Source of the DNA: an uncultured virus (IMG/VR IMGVR_UViG_3300037245_004243)
Lineage: Duplodnaviria; Heunggongvirae; Uroviricota; Caudoviricetes
DNA: 64,000 bases
Reading direction: 5' to 3' (one strand)
IMG/VR virus record: IMGVR_UViG_3300037245_004243
Coordinates: 1 to 64,000 of that record
Shown: in pieces, positions 1-9,204 of the stretch
Numbering within the stretch: the stretch's first letter is position 1
Layout: each line of letters starts with the position of its first letter
Translations under genes and position numbers: made by a program
The notes under the pieces: generated by a model
Told to the model about the DNA's origin: nothing
Seen by the model: only the letters and a program-made list of their open reading frames with translations
Database searches by the model: none

Positions 1-15
1 TATAAATACCATGAT

Positions 16-2454
16 ATGTTTGGTAATCCGCTCCAGTGGAAAAAGTTTAAAAGCATCGACCTATACCGGAACTTCATGGATGAATATGATGAAATAGATT
101 TTTACGGTACCATCAAAGAGGATTTTCAATTCCTTGGCGAGCATTACCCTAATAAAATCGATTATGATTTGTCGATGATTCGGCCGTTTTTCATTGATAT
201 AGAAACCGAAATGCTTTCTGGTGATTGGGTTGAAGACCACACCGGGGCAATCACTTCGATATCATTAAAAGACCGCCGCAACAATAAATATTGGGTGATG
301 GCTTCGAAAAAATGGTCCGCTAAAGATTCGGAACTGGGTGATATGGTAGACCTGAAACGAGTCAATTTCAAATATTGCGAAAATGAAGAAGCAATTTTCA
401 AGCGTCTTCGGTATGTTCTGCACCGGGAAAAACCGGACATGCTTATCGGTTTCAATTCACAAATGTTCGATTTTCCGTATATTATCAAACGGGGAACATA
501 TGTGATGGGTAAAGAATTTATGAAAGGCCTCTCGCCCTGGAAACGTGTCACCTGCAAGAAAAAGGTTGACAATGTTACCGGGGAGATTTACGATTACTTT
601 AATGAAATCCAGGGTATTCCGCTGATGGATTATATGCGGATGTATAAGAAATTTATATTCGCACCGCGAGAGAGTTATGGCCTGGAATATTTAGCAGATG
701 AGGAGTTGGGCGAAACCAAATTAGACCATTCTGATTATGATAATCTGGATGACTTGTGGGAGAAAAACCCGCAGAAATATATCGACTACAATATAGTTGA
801 CGTTAAGCTAATGGATTCGATGGATGATAAATTAGGTCTCATCGACATCGTTTGTAATACAGCATATTACGCCAAGGTAAACTATACCGACACCCTCGGG
901 ACGATTGGAAAATGGGATTCAATCTTTTATAATAAACTGGCCGAAAAGAACGTGATGGTTCCACCGAAACATCATCAAGAAAAGGAAAAATATGCTGGCG
1001 CCTATGTTTTTGAGCCGGAAAAGAAAATCCATAACTGGATGATAGCCGTCGATTTAAAATCCCTGTATCCGCATATCCAACAGGAATGGAATATTTCACC
1101 GGAGAGTTTGGTAGCTGACCACCGGGATCGCCTCGACATCGATATTACAAAAGGCCTGGATGAGCGATACCTGAACCAACAAATACCGACGCCGGAGCAT
1201 AGCATTATGGCCATGAACGGGTGCTATTTCAGCAAAAAAGAGGGCATTATACCGGGCATATTGCGAGAGATATATGCAGACAGGGATATTGCCAAGCAGA
1301 AAATGCTTGATTGGGAGCAAAAGCTCCAGACCTGGAAAGAGGCCAAGGACATTGACAACAAAATGGAATTCAGCAAATATGACGGGCCGGACAGAGATGA
1401 ATGGGCCGCAATGAATAAGGAAATTTCTACTTACGATAATTACCAGATGGCTATGAAGATTCTGATGAATTCGGAATATGGTGCACTCGCAAATGTCCAC
1501 TTCCGGTATTACGATATCCGCTTTGCTTCGGCCATCACCCAATGTGCTCAAATGGCTCTCAAGCACGCCGCTAAAAAGCTGATGGAATCTCCCGCGCAGA
1601 AAAAGTATAAATTCCATATCGTATACGGAGACACGGATTCACTTTATATATCGGTCGAGAATGTGGTCAAACAAATCAAGATTCGCCGACCGGATATTAC
1701 CGATGTTGAAATAGTGAAACAGGTCAACGGATTCGAGAAAAAAATCATCCAGCCTATTCTGGACGCCGGGTATGACGAGCTGGCTAAATACGTGAACGCC
1801 AACGAAAACCGGATGTTCATGAACCATGAGAAAACGATCACTAATGGCCTCTGGACGGCAAAGAAAATGTATGCTCTCAACGTACTATGGGATGAGGGCG
1901 TCACTTACGCAAAGCCGAAACTAAAAGTCAAAGGGATCGCGCTCGTGCGCTCATCCACACCCAAGGTAATCCGCGCCGACCTGAAGGAAGCAGTCGGGAT
2001 ATTTTTGGGAGACGAGAGCCGCCTCGCCGATTTCGTGAAGGAAGTGAAAGCCAAATATAAAACGCATACACCGTTTGAAATAGCGAAAGCAGTCTCCGCC
2101 AATAATATTGACAAGTTTTTAATCAATAAATCAGACGGTAGCATGAGTTATGGCTTAAGGACGCCAATAGGGGTCCGCGCCGCAATAGTATATAATAACG
2201 CAATCAGAAACGATAAAAACTTCCCGGTAGCCAAAAGCGGAGAGAAATTAAAATTTGTATACCTGCGAAAACCGAACAATTATGATGAAAACGTGATCGG
2301 GTTTATCCGCCGCATACCAGAAGACGCCATCAAATATATCGACTGGGATTTGATGTTTGAAAAGTCATTTATGTCTGTCATCAATAATATCTATCAGAAA
2401 ATGGGCAAGCAATTTAAACCGTGCCGGGAAACGAATCTCCTGGATATATTTTAA
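16..2454 (+). CDS. 43: Family B DNA polymerase (T4 gp43-like); the true start probably lies upstream of the window
   Basis: Exo I DIETE, motif A DLKSLYP, motif B KxxxNSxYG, motif C YGDTDS, KKMY and KVKG motifs. The frame is open back to base 1. Confidence 0.97.
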   Translation: MFGNPLQWKKFKSIDLYRNFMDEYDEIDFYGTIKEDFQFLGEHYPNKIDYDLSMIRPFFIDIETEMLSGDWVEDHTGAITSISLKDRRNNKYWVMASKKWSAKDSELGDMVDLKRVNFKYCENEEAIFKRLRYVLHREKPDMLIGFNSQMFDFPYIIKRGTYVMGKEFMKGLSPWKRVTCKKKVDNVTGEIYDYFNEIQGIPLMDYMRMYKKFIFAPRESYGLEYLADEELGETKLDHSDYDNLDDLWEKNPQKYIDYNIVDVKLMDSMDDKLGLIDIVCNTAYYAKVNYTDTLGTIGKWDSIFYNKLAEKNVMVPPKHHQEKEKYAGAYVFEPEKKIHNWMIAVDLKSLYPHIQQEWNISPESLVADHRDRLDIDITKGLDERYLNQQIPTPEHSIMAMNGCYFSKKEGIIPGILREIYADRDIAKQKMLDWEQKLQTWKEAKDIDNKMEFSKYDGPDRDEWAAMNKEISTYDNYQMAMKILMNSEYGALANVHFRYYDIRFASAITQCAQMALKHAAKKLMESPAQKKYKFHIVYGDTDSLYISVENVVKQIKIRRPDITDVEIVKQVNGFEKKIIQPILDAGYDELAKYVNANENRMFMNHEKTITNGLWTAKKMYALNVLWDEGVTYAKPKLKVKGIALVRSSTPKVIRADLKEAVGIFLGDESRLADFVKEVKAKYKTHTPFEIAKAVSANNIDKFLINKSDGSMSYGLRTPIGVRAAIVYNNAIRNDKNFPVAKSGEKLKFVYLRKPNNYDENVIGFIRRIPEDAIKYIDWDLMFEKSFMSVINNIYQKMGKQFKPCRETNLLDIF

Positions 2455-2462
2455 CTTTTAAT

Positions 2463-2491
2463 TTGACAATAACCGTAAAAGGGTATAGTAT
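2463..2491 (+). promoter_or_regulatory. Sigma70-like promoter
   Basis: TTGACA-N17-TAGTAT immediately after the gp43 stop. Confidence 0.7.
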
Positions 2492-2593
2492 TAGTTAAAT
2501 GAATAAAACATATAATTCAATCCAAATGACTACCACTGAAAAGGGGGTTAAAAATGAAGATGTAAATGAAAGCCAACAGAATTCTAAAACATA

Positions 2594-2724
2594 TTTAAAT
2601 TGTCGGTAAAACCCAAGCCAAGGGACACAATTAGCGAAACGCACCGTTTCCTACCGGAATCGGAAAAACCATCGGACCGATAAAACCGAGACAACAATTA
2701 GCAAATCGCATCCGGCAATTTAAA
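2594..2724 (+). ncRNA. Candidate structured ncRNA
   Basis: 13-bp closing stem TTTAAATTGTCGG/CCGGCAATTTAAA (one G-U pair) enclosing several hairpins and a duplicated CAATTAGC motif. No ORF covers it. Confidence 0.5.
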
Positions 2725-2936
2725 ATTTTTATTAGGGCAAAGATAATGAGAGAATTTACAGTTAAAGTAACCGGCAGGGTTGAAGATCTTTTTGAAGAGG
2801 AAGATTTTCATGATGCATTATATTCATATTCAACGCATATGGGTTTGGGCTTTGACATCGATTTTGAAGCAAAGGAAAATGTATGTGACAAAACTCTTGA
2901 CAAAGTCGTATAATGATTCTAAGGGAGATGAAAATC

Positions 2937-3161
2937 ATGAAGAAAAACATAACCGGACATATGAAAAATTTGAACAAAGCAGAATGGCTGGAAGGGTGCG
3001 CATCATTTATCACCGAGGCCAAAGCACTTATTCGAAGATCAAGCCAACACAAACACTTTGGCCGGGGTTATTTACTCGAGAAAGCCGAGCAAAAATTGGA
3101 TCTTGCTGAAAAATGTGCTGATGCCGCCCAAATAGCAGAAGATGTTGACGATTTCTTTTAA
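2937..3161 (+). CDS. Hypothetical protein
   Basis: GGAG RBS and an upstream GTGACA..TATAAT promoter. Confidence 0.6.
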   Translation: MKKNITGHMKNLNKAEWLEGCASFITEAKALIRRSSQHKHFGRGYLLEKAEQKLDLAEKCADAAQIAEDVDDFF

Positions 3162-3235
3162 ACGAATTTTCTCCAGGTAGCTCAGAAAGCGTGATCGCGG
3201 ACAGCGTGATCGCAGACGAAGTTTACCGGGGAAAG

Positions 3236-3378
3236 GGAGATGCCTTGCCTGACGATAATTTCCCAGGATAGCCACAAGGACCAGGAAGCCGGGGCCGCAA
3301 GGGTCGCAAGGGCATGCGAACGTTAACGGGAATTGTGTTATCGCCCTGCCGGTAGGTTCGAATCCTACCATCTCCACC
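3236..3378 (+). ncRNA. tRNA-like / mini-tmRNA-like RNA
   Basis: Acceptor stem GGAGATG/CATCTCC followed by ACC; perfect T-arm GTAGG-TTCGAAT-CCTAC; no D stem; a long helix replaces the anticodon arm. Confidence 0.75.
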
Positions 3379-3388
3379 TTTTTATTAA

Positions 3389-3459
3389 TAAAACCCCCCT
3401 CAGCCGGGCCGTTATTAAGGCGAAAGCCTAAAAGGGCAGGGGCCAGGGGGTTTTTTTTT
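3389..3459 (+). terminator. Branched intrinsic terminator-like structure
   Basis: AAAACCCCC...GGGGGTTTT closing stem, internal GGC-GAAA-GCC hairpin, T9 tract. Confidence 0.65.
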
Positions 3460-3468
3460 AATAAATGA

Positions 3469-3516
3469 AAATAAAGCTCAAGTTCTCTTGACATGTGCCG
3501 ATATAAGTATTAGTAT
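3469..3516 (+). promoter_or_regulatory. Early promoter cassette, copy 1
   Basis: ATAAAGCTCAAGTT upstream element + TTGACA-N17-TAGTAT. Confidence 0.85.
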
Positions 3517-3663
3517 TAAGAATAACAACAAAAACAAGGGAATTAAACATGACCATCATTCAACTTAGCCAAAAAATCCGGTACCATCAAACCATGCTTA
3601 ATTTAATACCAATCCCAAATATCATCAAAATCGCGAATAATAACAAACAACCAGGAGAGAGAA

Positions 3664-4047
3664 ATGAATAAATCAGAATTTACCCACCGCGCAAAACTTG
3701 ACTTTAACGCCATCACAGAAGAAGAGTGGCTCGCCATTAATACGGTTTACACCTGGCACCCGATGATTTCCGATGTTAACGGCAAAAAAGAAATTGCCGC
3801 CCTTTATAACCGGGGAGGCATTGGCATCATAAAGAATATGCTGCTAACTGCCCTGGAGCTTGAAACCCATTACAGCAATCTCCAAGCATATTTGGTTGAG
3901 AGGGAAAACCTCCAGGAAGTACAAGCCGAAGAGAAAGAAAGAATGGAACGTCGGCATGCCAATGAAAAGCAAGATATCAGAATCAAAAACCTGAAATCAA
4001 ATGACCGCATCCGAGAGATCGAAAACTCCTTTAAATTGAGGGTATAA
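3664..4047 (+). CDS. Hypothetical early protein with C-terminal coiled coil
   Basis: AGGAG RBS; lies downstream of the early promoter. Confidence 0.7.
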   Translation: MNKSEFTHRAKLDFNAITEEEWLAINTVYTWHPMISDVNGKKEIAALYNRGGIGIIKNMLLTALELETHYSNLQAYLVERENLQEVQAEEKERMERRHANEKQDIRIKNLKSNDRIREIENSFKLRV

Positions 4048-4049
4048 TT

Positions 4050-4499
4050 ATGAAACAACTTTGGGATATTTGGCCGGAATTGACTGTTTACAATAAGGAC
4101 TCCAGAACGACCTTTATCCAGACGCCGGACGAAAAATGGGGAACTTATTTCTCTATCTGGCGCCGGGCCATGATTGAGGACAAGGAAACCGATTGTCCGT
4201 GTCCTATGCCGCAAGGTCACCTGATGTTTAAAGATATCAAAGCACCAACCTTAACCGATCAAAAACAATCATCATTACCATTTGGTAAATTATCTAATGG
4301 TAATCCTATACGCACAAAAGCCACATTATACGATACAAGAAAATTATCAGAATCAGAATTTAAAGATTTGTGTCTACAATATCCGGAGCAAGGTTTTAGA
4401 CGGGGTTATTATTTGACACAAAAACCCAATATAAAATATATGGAAAAAATGGTGCTGGAAAAATCGATAAAAGAAGGGGTAAAACATGGGAAAACCTAA
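4050..4499 (+). CDS. Hypothetical protein
   Basis: RBS, tightly packed in an operon. Confidence 0.65.
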   Translation: MKQLWDIWPELTVYNKDSRTTFIQTPDEKWGTYFSIWRRAMIEDKETDCPCPMPQGHLMFKDIKAPTLTDQKQSSLPFGKLSNGNPIRTKATLYDTRKLSESEFKDLCLQYPEQGFRRGYYLTQKPNIKYMEKMVLEKSIKEGVKHGKT

Positions 4500-4774
4500 C
4501 GGATTTACTGAAACTGAACTTCTGACCAAATTTGGCAAAAACGCCGGTTACCTGGGAGGCGGTTGTTATGCAGTAAACTTTTTTAATCGAGAATTATTCG
4601 ATACATGCACTCACGAACTTTTCAAGAAATACAAGGCTTGTTTTGTGAAACTGGACGGGAGGTTCTATTACAAATGAAGGATAAAATAGTAATCGCAATC
4701 GCCGTTATGGCCGCTTTCATCATTGCCTTTGTTGGGGAAACATACATCAATTCAATAATGGGGAATTAAATATC

Positions 4775-5062
4775 ATGAAAACTGAAATAATGGGTTGGGC
4801 AGATAATACGGTGTTATCTCTGGAAGAGGAAGATGGCACCGTGATGGTAGCGATTGAGCCGAAGGATGGACAGGCACGATTGTTTCTTGACGAGACCGGG
4901 CAGAAACGTTTGCTTGAATTTCTGTTTAAATCGCTCCCCTTGGAAGTCCTTGTGAAACAGCTATCCGACAGATTCTCAAAGGACTTTGTCAAAGGCCCGA
5001 GCGTTGTGATTCCACTTTATGCTGAGCCAGAGGTGGAAATGGGACCTCACTTTGAAGATTAA
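4775..5062 (+). CDS. Hypothetical protein
   Basis: GGGGA RBS and operon context. Confidence 0.6.
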   Translation: MKTEIMGWADNTVLSLEEEDGTVMVAIEPKDGQARLFLDETGQKRLLEFLFKSLPLEVLVKQLSDRFSKDFVKGPSVVIPLYAEPEVEMGPHFED

Positions 5063-5067
5063 TGAAA

Positions 5068-5145
5068 ATAAACCTCAAGTTTCCTTGACATAAGCCGATA
5101 ACAGTTATAGTATGAGAGAATAAACCAACGGCAACAAGGAGACTT
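5068..5145 (+). promoter_or_regulatory. Early promoter + RBS cassette, copy 2 (78 bp identical to 57655-57732)
   Basis: TTGACA(5085)-N17-TAGTAT(5108), AAGGAG RBS. Confidence 0.9.
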
Positions 5146-5289
5146 GAACATGGACGACGGGATAAAAATAGACTGGAACCTAAAAAATAGCGCACTTTAT
5201 ACCACGCTGACCCTGGCCGGATTTGCAATAGTAATAGGCTGGTTCAAACTTTCAGTGCTCTGGATGAGCCTCGCGAGGTAAAAATCATC

Positions 5290-5637
5290 ATGAAAATAAT
5301 CGGGATCTGCCGCCTTTTTAAATTGGATTTCAATCTCGCCAAGGGAGTTACAAAATATTGGATCGGGCATATGCCAGCAAGGCGCCAGCCGGTTTTAATA
5401 TTAGCATTCACCCTCACGGTTTTGGCTACCTTTATCAATTGTTATTTTATTGCCTGGGGAGTTGTGCGCCAGAGTGGTATGCCTTCCTGGTTAATTCGGC
5501 CATTATTTTCATATTTTAATAAGGGATATAAAGGGGACAACAGGGACATGGCCCTGGCCATAGCATCTAAAAATTATAAAAGAATGGTTAGCGAAAAAGT
5601 CAGATTAGTAAATATGGTGTATAAAAGCTCCATATAA
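5290..5637 (+). CDS. Hypothetical membrane protein
   Basis: One hydrophobic segment; GAGG RBS. Confidence 0.55.
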   Translation: MKIIGICRLFKLDFNLAKGVTKYWIGHMPARRQPVLILAFTLTVLATFINCYFIAWGVVRQSGMPSWLIRPLFSYFNKGYKGDNRDMALAIASKNYKRMVSEKVRLVNMVYKSSI

Positions 5638-5680
5638 CCGCCTTATGTATCATACCGAGACCGTCTAAAGGAAATAATAA

Positions 5681-7411
5681 ATGCTCAAACCGAAGGCCGA
5701 GATAGTGGCAAAAAGTCGCTATTTCATAAATGAAAAAGAAAACTGGGAAGGATTATCAAACCGTGTTGGCCGGGGTGCTGCCAGTGTTGAGGCAACTTAT
5801 GAGCTGCAAGAAGAATATGCCGCCAAGTTTGCCGATATGATATACAATATGCACTTCCTATCTGCTGGCCGCATCCTGCGCAACATGGGTCGACCACGGG
5901 GTACACTATTTAACTGTTATACCAAATCCATTGACGATACAATAGAAAGCATCGCCTATACCTGCGCCGATGCCACAGTTTTATGGTCCGATGGTGGAGG
6001 AGTTGGTTTCAACGCATCAAATATGCGACCGGAAGACGCACCGATTATATCAAAAGGTGGAGAGTCTTCGGGACCGGTTTCTTTTTTGACCGCTTACAAT
6101 GCCTTTGCCGAAACCATCAAAACAGGTGGTGAACGCCGGGCCGCTGCTCTTGCACTAATGAAAGTCTCCCATCCTGATATTTTCAAATTCATTAATTCCA
6201 AAACAGTAGACGGCCTCCTGAATAATTTTAACATCAGTGTCGCCGTGACCGAACAGTTTCTGGACGCCGTCGAAACCAACAGCAAATGGGATTTGCGGTT
6301 TAATCGTCAGAATTATCGGACGATTAAAGCCAGAGAGCTATGGAATTTAATAATGCATAATATGGTAAAACATGCCGAGCCAGGTCTGCTAAACTGGGAC
6401 AATCTCCGCAGCAATAATAGTTGGTATTTTGACAACATTGTCGCGACGAATCCTTGCGGGGAGGCGCCAATGCCAAATGATGGTTCCTGCTGCCTTGGGT
6501 CGCTCGTGTTGCCACGATTTATTACCGGGACGGTTAATACCAATTGGAAACTTTTAGAGCAAATAATCGAGCTATCCGTCAGATTTTTGGATAATATCAT
6601 TAATGTCAATAAATATCCCGACCATATTCCAGGGATTAAAATAAAAGCATTTGATAGCCGTCGAATCGGTCTCGGTGTTATGGGTTATGCCGAATATCTC
6701 TTTGCTAAAAAATTGCGGTATGGGTCGCCAGAGGCCATCGAAGAGACTGAAAAGTTAATGAAAAATATCCGCAATTTTACCTATAAAGCATCCATAAAGC
6801 TGTCCGCCGAAAAAGGATCGTTTCCGAAATATGACACGATGCCATACAGCAAAAGTCATTTTATCAAAACTTTACCCAATGCTCTCAAAATGGACATCAA
6901 AAAATATGGAATCCGGAACGTGACTTGTCAGGCAATTGCGCCCAACGGAACATTGCAACTCTTAGCGGAAGTTACCGGGTCCGCCGAGCCATTACCATTC
7001 AAGGCATATGTCCGGAACGATGAGATCGGCAAACGCGCATATATTCATTCAATATATAAAGATATTATTGAAAATGACAAAGAAACGCCATCTTGGTTTG
7101 TTGATACAAGCGATTTGAGGCCGGAAGACCATCTCGAGACGCAGGTAGCATGCCAGAAATATACCGATGGGGCCGTAAGTAAAACTCTTAATTTACCAAA
7201 GGGCACCAAGCCGGAAGAGCTGAGTCACCTTTTATTACAATATATTCGGGATCTAAAAGGCACAACCTGCTATGTGGATGGGAGCAGAGAAGGTCAAATT
7301 CTGGTGCCCATTGATCGAGAGCAAGCTGAGAAATATTTAGCCAAGGATCAGCACGATGCTGACGCCGATGTTGAAACAACTGAATGTGCCAAAGGAAAAT
7401 GTGACATATAA
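5681..7411 (+). CDS. nrdJ: Class II (adenosylcobalamin-dependent) ribonucleotide reductase
   Basis: AGRIL..NC, GGGVG, TNPCGE, RRIGLG and IAPNG motifs, C-terminal CxxxxC. No adjacent beta subunit gene. Confidence 0.9.
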   Translation: MLKPKAEIVAKSRYFINEKENWEGLSNRVGRGAASVEATYELQEEYAAKFADMIYNMHFLSAGRILRNMGRPRGTLFNCYTKSIDDTIESIAYTCADATVLWSDGGGVGFNASNMRPEDAPIISKGGESSGPVSFLTAYNAFAETIKTGGERRAAALALMKVSHPDIFKFINSKTVDGLLNNFNISVAVTEQFLDAVETNSKWDLRFNRQNYRTIKARELWNLIMHNMVKHAEPGLLNWDNLRSNNSWYFDNIVATNPCGEAPMPNDGSCCLGSLVLPRFITGTVNTNWKLLEQIIELSVRFLDNIINVNKYPDHIPGIKIKAFDSRRIGLGVMGYAEYLFAKKLRYGSPEAIEETEKLMKNIRNFTYKASIKLSAEKGSFPKYDTMPYSKSHFIKTLPNALKMDIKKYGIRNVTCQAIAPNGTLQLLAEVTGSAEPLPFKAYVRNDEIGKRAYIHSIYKDIIENDKETPSWFVDTSDLRPEDHLETQVACQKYTDGAVSKTLNLPKGTKPEELSHLLLQYIRDLKGTTCYVDGSREGQILVPIDREQAEKYLAKDQHDADADVETTECAKGKCDI

Positions 7412-7452
7412 CAAAAAAACCGTTATAATGAAATAAAAAGAGGGTAAATAAA

Positions 7453-7734
7453 ATGGATATATTTGAACATATTATCACTAAAAATACCGAACAATATATT
7501 GCCGGGAAACTCGATGAATATAAATCTGAATTTGTATGGGACTGGGAAGATGAATTCGATAATATTCATGAAGCATATGAGGAACAGGGCCGGGGCCAAG
7601 CCGAAAGCCAGATTTTACATCAAGTGATTGCCGCCGCCCTTCAGGCATTGGAACTGCCGTCGATTCTGCCGTTAAATGATTTTTGTGAATTATTCGATAA
7701 ACTCGCCGATCATTGGGGCATAACCGCAAATTAA
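7453..7734 (+). CDS. Hypothetical protein
   Basis: ORF with a plausible RBS. Confidence 0.6.
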   Translation: MDIFEHIITKNTEQYIAGKLDEYKSEFVWDWEDEFDNIHEAYEEQGRGQAESQILHQVIAAALQALELPSILPLNDFCELFDKLADHWGITAN

Positions 7735-7783
7735 TCATAATTTCGCTTGTACACGATTTGTGGACAAGACAATTTCCTGAACT

Positions 7784-7792
7784 GGTAAATAG
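7784..7792 (+). promoter_or_regulatory. Putative late promoter GGTAAATAG
   Basis: The same nonamer precedes gp18 and gp16 on the - strand. Confidence 0.6.
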
Positions 7793-7830
7793 TGTTATAA
7801 TGAAAATAAAATAACATAGGGAGTAAACTT

Positions 7831-8409
7831 ATGGAAGATTTTGCAGATTTTTATGCCAATGACAACATCATAGTCGTCGATGAGGACGCCCTTTCGGAAG
7901 CCATGTCAGATTTTATCATCGGTCTCGGTGATGAAATTCTTGATATATTATCCGAAGAGCAGACTGAAGAATTTGAAGAAATACTCGGTACTGCCGCCAG
8001 TGATGGCGATGAGGCTTTGGCCGAACAGGGCATCGAGTGCGATTACGCTTCGGGTATGAACAGCAAGCGGAAGAGAAAGAAATTTAAAAACCAGGCAGCA
8101 TATGAAAAATGGTTTGACAAAAATGAAGACGACATCGAGGTCTTTGCAACCCGCGATTTGGAAGAGGGCGACGATGGCGAATGGGTATTAGGCGAGGCCA
8201 TGCCAGCAAAGCGTGTGCGCCGGGACATCCAGCAAAAACGCAAGGCCTCCCGAGAGCATCGGAAGGTAAAGGCCAAAAAGAAAATCGAGGGCCGCATCAA
8301 ACGGAAGACCGCCTCATTCAAGCGGTACAAGAAAAAATCAAAGCGCCTGGGCAAAAGAGGCCTGACCTCAACCGGAGCACGCAAACGGACGTTTATCAAT
8401 AAGGGATAA
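7831..8409 (+). CDS. Prohead core-like protein (gp68-like)
   Basis: Acidic N-half with LxE sites and a very basic C-terminus after LGE-A; follows the late-type motif. Confidence 0.55.
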   Translation: MEDFADFYANDNIIVVDEDALSEAMSDFIIGLGDEILDILSEEQTEEFEEILGTAASDGDEALAEQGIECDYASGMNSKRKRKKFKNQAAYEKWFDKNEDDIEVFATRDLEEGDDGEWVLGEAMPAKRVRRDIQQKRKASREHRKVKAKKKIEGRIKRKTASFKRYKKKSKRLGKRGLTSTGARKRTFINKG

Positions 8410-8415
8410 AATTCA

Positions 8416-9204
8416 ATGGCAATATTAAGACGTGACAATTTTAGCTTTAAGGAAATGACCGAGAGCTTATTCGAAAATGGTGAAGTCAGCGATTACATCA
8501 AGAAGTTTGGGATGAAAATGCATGGCTCATCGATGGAGACCGCTAAGGGATGGGTTGATGGTATAGGCGGATGCAGCAGCGGCACTAAAGCAAAAATCCT
8601 GAAGGGCATCATATCAAAAGGAATGGTCAAGGAAAGTGAAAGTCTGGATGAAAAGGGCCTAACTGTCGCCGGGCTCAGTGATGAAAAACTGAAAAAATTA
8701 CATGGCCAGATGAAGGATGAACAACTCTCTGCCGCCGCCGCATCCCAATTCAGACTTATTGTTAAAGAATTGAAAAAACGCGGTGTGAAACTATCTGAGG
8801 CCAAGCTGAGCAAAAAAGGCCAGAAATATACCTGGGATCAGATAAATACGGCAATGACAGTAATTGGTTATGGCCCGAAGATAATCATTAAACTTTTATC
8901 TGCAATCAATAAAGTGGTAAGAGACAAAACGACGATTGTTAGTGATAAAGACAGTTTAACTCGTGTTAAATGGCAGAAATCCAGCACATGGGAAAGTGCT
9001 GAATGCCTCCCGCTTGAGGAAGGTTCGACCGAAGACGCTGCCGGGACTTTGAGGGCCATTTTGGGTATGTTCAAGGACCACCATGACAACGACATTTATA
9101 AAATGGGCAAGGGCATCCAGGACTATTACAAAAGGGAAGGATCATTTGCGCCGAAGCATGCCAAATGGATCTGGAAAACCAGTGTCGCCCTGTTCAAAAA
9201 TTAA
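8416..9204 (+). CDS. Putative head-internal polyprotein
   Basis: SFKEMTE-like N-terminus and repeated (L/V)xE sites separating short basic domains. Confidence 0.45.
   Translation: MAILRRDNFSFKEMTESLFENGEVSDYIKKFGMKMHGSSMETAKGWVDGIGGCSSGTKAKILKGIISKGMVKESESLDEKGLTVAGLSDEKLKKLHGQMKDEQLSAAAASQFRLIVKELKKRGVKLSEAKLSKKGQKYTWDQINTAMTVIGYGPKIIIKLLSAINKVVRDKTTIVSDKDSLTRVKWQKSSTWESAECLPLEEGSTEDAAGTLRAILGMFKDHHDNDIYKMGKGIQDYYKREGSFAPKHAKWIWKTSVALFKN

Noticed and set aside
1-8. T4 late promoter TATAAATA
   Set aside because: It lies inside the open gp43 reading frame, and this motif is not seen upstream of the structural genes.
2600-2645. c-di-GMP-I (GEMM) riboswitch-like words GGTAAAACC...GGGACACAA
   Set aside because: The GNRA-capped P2 and the P3 receptor are missing; kept only as an unknown structured RNA.
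3236-3378. Canonical tRNA, tRNA-Sec or full tmRNA
   Set aside because: No D stem or anticodon arm, no UCA anticodon, too short for a tag ORF and pseudoknots, and no G3-U70 pair.
3072-3494. 140-aa minus-strand ORF and other antisense ORFs in the track
   Set aside because: They are antisense to ncRNA or well-supported genes, lack an RBS and run against the local gene orientation.
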